Positions 8,948 through 11,990 of a stretch of DNA of 11,990 bases are shown piece by piece. The stretch is from Octopus sinensis (Eukaryota), in NCBI RefSeq assembly GCF_006345805.1, contig NW_021826834.1, positions 1-11,990 on the forward strand, given 5' to 3'. Numbering within the stretch: the stretch's first letter is position 1; each line of letters opens with the position of its first letter. Below the pieces are notes generated by a model, which ran no database searches, had not been told where the DNA came from, and worked only from the letters and a program-made list of their open reading frames with translations. The position numbers and the translations under genes were made by a program.

Positions 8948-9290
8948 TGATTAGCTCCATGAGGCCATCGCCTTAAGATAGCTATTTGATACACAAACTG
9001 TGTCCATTATAACCATTATAACCATTAGTAATTTTAATTTTCTATTATTGAAAACATGTGGATGTATTCCACCGAAACTAGGTAAATAAAACCTTCGAAC
9101 AGAGACGATCAGTGGCGACACCTACTGGGTCGACTACGCTACATTGACAAAGTGCAAATTCCCTGAAACGCGTCTGTAGCTGTCTGACTAGCAGTGTGAA
9201 GCGGCTGACCTCCCTTGTTCGAAGGTTATAATGGACACAGTTTGTGTGTCAAATAGCTATCTTAAGGCGATGGCCTCATGGAGCTAATCA
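8948..9290. mobile_element. Fold-back element with 67-bp inverted arms enclosing a hammerhead-like motif (possibly Penelope-like or retrozyme-like)
   Basis: 8948-9014 versus the reverse complement of 9224-9290 is 66/67 identical. Weaker inverted similarity continues inward from 9091 and 9225 towards the centre. Confidence 0.8.
9138..9180 (+). ncRNA. Type I hammerhead-ribozyme-like motif (U3-A8 core variant)
   Basis: Stem I GCTACA (9138-9143)/TGTAGC (9175-9180); core TTGACAA (9144-9150, canonical CTGANGA); imperfect stem II AGTG..CCCT (9151-9164); GAAA (9165-9168); palindromic stem III ACGCGT (9168-9173); predicted cleavage after GTC (9174). Confidence 0.65.
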
Positions 9291-9371
9291 TATATGTGTG
9301 TGTGTGTTGCATATACCTATATTTAAATGTACACACATCAGACACATACACATTTACACATATGCATATAT

Positions 9372-9471
9372 TCTGGAACTATTTTTATTTCCGCGATGAA
9401 TAATACAAGTTTCCAGCACGTAGTGTATACCTCCCTTACAACTGGTCTTTAATAAGCGAGGGAGCAATTAA
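9372..9471 (+). repeat. Homology block A, copy 2
   Basis: See 703-801. Confidence 0.85.
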
Positions 9472-9651
9472 CATCTTGTCTTAATGTCAGTCAGATTCAC
9501 TCTCTGTTTGTGTCTCATCGTACACATAAACAGACAGGGAGAACACAACATAAGCACACACACACCCTCACATTTTTCTAAGATTTGTCAACCCTGTCAC
9601 GGTAAATGTTATAATCAAAACTATGTCTTTTACCTTTTAGCAGACACTGTG

Positions 9652-10197
9652 CACTTAGGACTCATCATCATCATTGTTCGACCGTGGTCGAGACAATGGA
9701 ATTTACTATGTTACGCCAGACTTCAAGGTCCATCATAGCATTACGGAGGTCCTGTTGCCTGATGCCTGTATCCCTGGAGATTACATCAGGGTAGGAGAGT
9801 GTGTACCCTCTAGTATCGTGAGCAGATGGCTTCCAGAAGAGAAGAGTAGAAATTACCACGTTTTCAGCTCGACAACAATGTCCAGCAAACTGAACTCTTC
9901 TACCTTTCACAAGAGATGATACAGGTAGTAGTTTCCCATATATTTGTACTTTGGTTGGATGACGCTTCCACGAGAGAATATGTCCTTAAATATGGTTTCT
10001 CATTACAAATATACATATATATATATATGTATATATATATATATGTATATTTGTAATCAAATACATATCATCATCTGAAAAAGATTTTGTAACTAGAAAG
10101 GGTATGACCTGGTCAGCCTGTAATGATATACATAAGTTCTGGTCATCAAATCTAAGTAGAGATTTCAAACTTAAAATCTTCAAAGCCACTTAGGACT
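9652..10197 (-). mobile_element. 5'-truncated, 5'-inverted RTE-clade LINE insertion with 11-bp TSD (CACTTAGGACT)
   Basis: Minus strand 9985-9671: SWKRHPTKVQIYGKLLPVSSLVKGRRVQFAGHCCR...LLFWKP...YPDVISRDTG...MMDLEVWR...* ending in a (TGA)4 tail. Plus strand 10062-10190: YISSSEKDFVTRKGMTWSACNDIHKFWSSNLSRDFKLKIFKAT, the region just after the RT domain. Identical 11-mers at 9652-9662 and 10187-10197. Confidence 0.9.
9671..9985 (-). pseudogene. C-terminal fragment of an RTE-type LINE endonuclease/RT ORF
   Basis: Open frame 9985-9671 with the RTE C-terminal motifs RRxxFAGHCxR, WxP, YxDxxxRDTG and MxDxxxWR. The stop codon is the first unit of the (TGA)n tail. Confidence 0.88.
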
Positions 10198-10319
10198 ACA
10201 TTATCCAGAGTATTCAACATTTCTGTAAGGGATATGATGAACTCTTTTATAACAGGTCTAAAAGTTAGGTACGTAATCCTGCTTTAATACCTATGGCTTG
10301 TCACACTTACAGGAAAGTT

Positions 10320-10538
10320 AAGGGCCCTTTTGATTCCTATTTTATTCAGGTGGACCCTGAATAAACCTAGCTGTTTCTTGCAATACAAACCAATACATAC
10401 ATCTAAAGTAAAAAAAAAAAATTCAGGGGCCCTTAAAATATTATTGTCGTTCCCCAATTTATTATTTTGTTGCGTAGACGCCCCAAAATCTTATATGGGA
10501 CTTTCAGGGGCCATATGGACCCCGGTTGGGAACCACTG
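10320..10538. mobile_element. Probable end of a hAT/Charlie-like non-autonomous element
   Basis: GGTTGGGAACCACTG at 10524-10538 (reverse complement CAGTGGTTCCCAACC) resembles Charlie-type TIRs. GGGCC/GGACCC motifs recur subterminally. The left TIR and TSD were not found, so the start is approximate. Confidence 0.55.
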
Positions 10539-10730
10539 CCTTAAACGCTGCAATCGCTATTTAAGTACTGAATTCGGTTTAGGACTCGTATAAAACGTTC
10601 TAGATGTTAATGGAATTATGATATTTGTATACCAATAAGATTCCATTGATTTAATAGACTGTGGCCCTCACCTACGAAAAGTAGTTTTGCGCTTAATTGA
10701 AAGACATTTTTGTAATTTGTGTTAAGAGAG

Positions 10731-10790
10731 GGAAAGAGAGAAAGGGAGAGAGAGAGAGAAAGGGGGAGAGAAAGAGGAAGGGAGAGAGAG
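10731..10790. repeat. GA-rich microsatellite
   Basis: Directly visible. Confidence 0.9.
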
Positions 10791-10870
10791 TAGTGTACTG
10801 AATATAGGAACCAGTTTCGGTTGAAAGGTTTACAACCTTTATGGGAAGTGGCTGTCAGGATTGTGCCTTT

Positions 10871-11270
10871 TGTTTAGCCCCAGGTCAGCCTTAAACGAGC
10901 AGATACATAATGAACAGCGATCCAGCAATAATCAATCCGTCTTCAACCTACACACTGAATCTATTTAGTTTCTGCAACGTTGTACCTGATTCCCTTATGA
11001 TAATATTTGGCTGCTATTTTCCGAAGATCCAGCGATCACCTCGACCTTCCCTGTTGTGGTTATTGTTGTTCATTAGCCGCAAGTCTAGTCTGGGGAGCAG
11101 ATCTGTGATCAAAGGTATATCAGTCACCTCCATCGTATTCTTTCATACATTGTCTTTAAATATCCAATATATCCCATTTTAAAAGCAGTAGAGTGGAATT
11201 TGAGGAGTGTTTGACTATTATTTCCAACATGTTGGTACACCACGTAGTAGAGTCTCTCTGTTTCTCTTTC
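10871..11270 (+). repeat. Two degenerate tandem copies (about 200-bp period) of an interspersed repeat also seen at about 3550-3680
   Basis: TTAGCC.CA.GTC...GAGCAGAT....AT.AA at about 10874 and 11073, and TTTG.CT..TATT at about 11007 and 11209. CAGACCTATGATGAAAG at about 3550 is the same motif. Confidence 0.55.
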
Positions 11271-11657
11271 TATCTCTCCCTTTTTTCTCTATTCATGGTG
11301 TTGCTATTGATCGCCCCAAGTGATGGTTCTGATGGTTTAAACATTGCCGTTCATCTTTACTTGACAATAAAACCAAAGAAAATACAATACCAGTCATATA
11401 CTAGGTTAATGTAGTTGTCTATAGTCTCAATGTTATCCATACAAAGAAAAAAGCTCAAAACTGCTGTTCTTTTACCAAAAGAAGCAATCAATATGAAGAT
11501 GTCCATTCAAAATTCATGAAAATATGAGAGAAAAAAATGGCGGCCGTAGAGTAAATAATAAAATAACAACTATTTGAAAAGGGGGCGCTGCTATAAAAGA
11601 TGGCGAGAACCATTAGGTTATTGTATTACTTCTATAAAATTGCTTTCTCATTTTCTT

Positions 11658-11696
<39 letters not shown>

Positions 11697-11990
11697 TTAT
11701 CTATTTATTTATTTTATTTATTACCGTCTACCTGTCGGTATGTATATATTTATATTTTCCTTCCTACATATTATACTTATCGTGTTTCTATATTTCTTTA
11801 TTTATATCCTTCCTTCCTTTCTTTGTCCTTTCGTATTTTCTTACTTTGCTGTTGTTGTTGTTGCTCTTTTTGTAGTTTATAAAAATCTGCTTGATTTTTT
11901 TTTTCATTTCCATTGTATATGCTATTTATATTATTTTTTTTTTGTCTATCTTTAATTGTTTTGTTGCTTTTCTTAAAATTGATTCTTCAT
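11097..11990 (+). repeat. Homology block B, copy 2 (runs to the window end)
   Basis: See 3550-4330. It includes an (ATTT)n expansion at about 11660-11715 that is absent from copy 1. Confidence 0.92.
11572..11653 (+). promoter_or_regulatory. Conserved promoter-like core, copy 2
   Basis: 80/82 identical to 4036-4117; the differences are at 11607 and 11626. Confidence 0.45.

Noticed and set aside
9110-9117. CAGTGGCG matching the reverse complement of the Tc1 end (2509-2516)
   Set aside because: Only 8 bp, on the wrong side of the right TIR, and embedded in a different element.
9674-9919. Plus-strand ORF 9674..9919 and minus-strand ORF 9986..10189
   Set aside because: Antisense shadows of the two LINE fragments.
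10330-10593. ORF 10330..10593
   Set aside because: Runs through the hAT-like remnant and shows no transposase motifs.

Overview
AT-rich eukaryotic non-coding DNA, dense in microsatellites and decayed mobile elements. The SINE-like repeats look like those I recall from Octopus genomes; this is an inference, not checked by search. No intact protein-coding gene is supportable, and most listed ORFs are microsatellite translations. Recognisable elements are two tRNA-type SINE remnants, the 3' half of a dead DD34E Tc1 transposon with an IR/DR-type right end, and an RTE-clade LINE fragment. The LINE is 5'-inverted between 11-bp target-site duplications, a twin-priming-like structure. There is also a hAT-like end and three large fold-back structures. 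One fold-back (8948-9290) carries a type I hammerhead-ribozyme-like fold at its apex, with a U3-A8 core in place of C3-G8. Two collinear homology blocks (703-801/9372-9471 and about 3550-4330/about 11097-11990) suggest an old tandem duplication. An 82-bp promoter-like core within it (80/82 identical) is much better conserved than its flanks.
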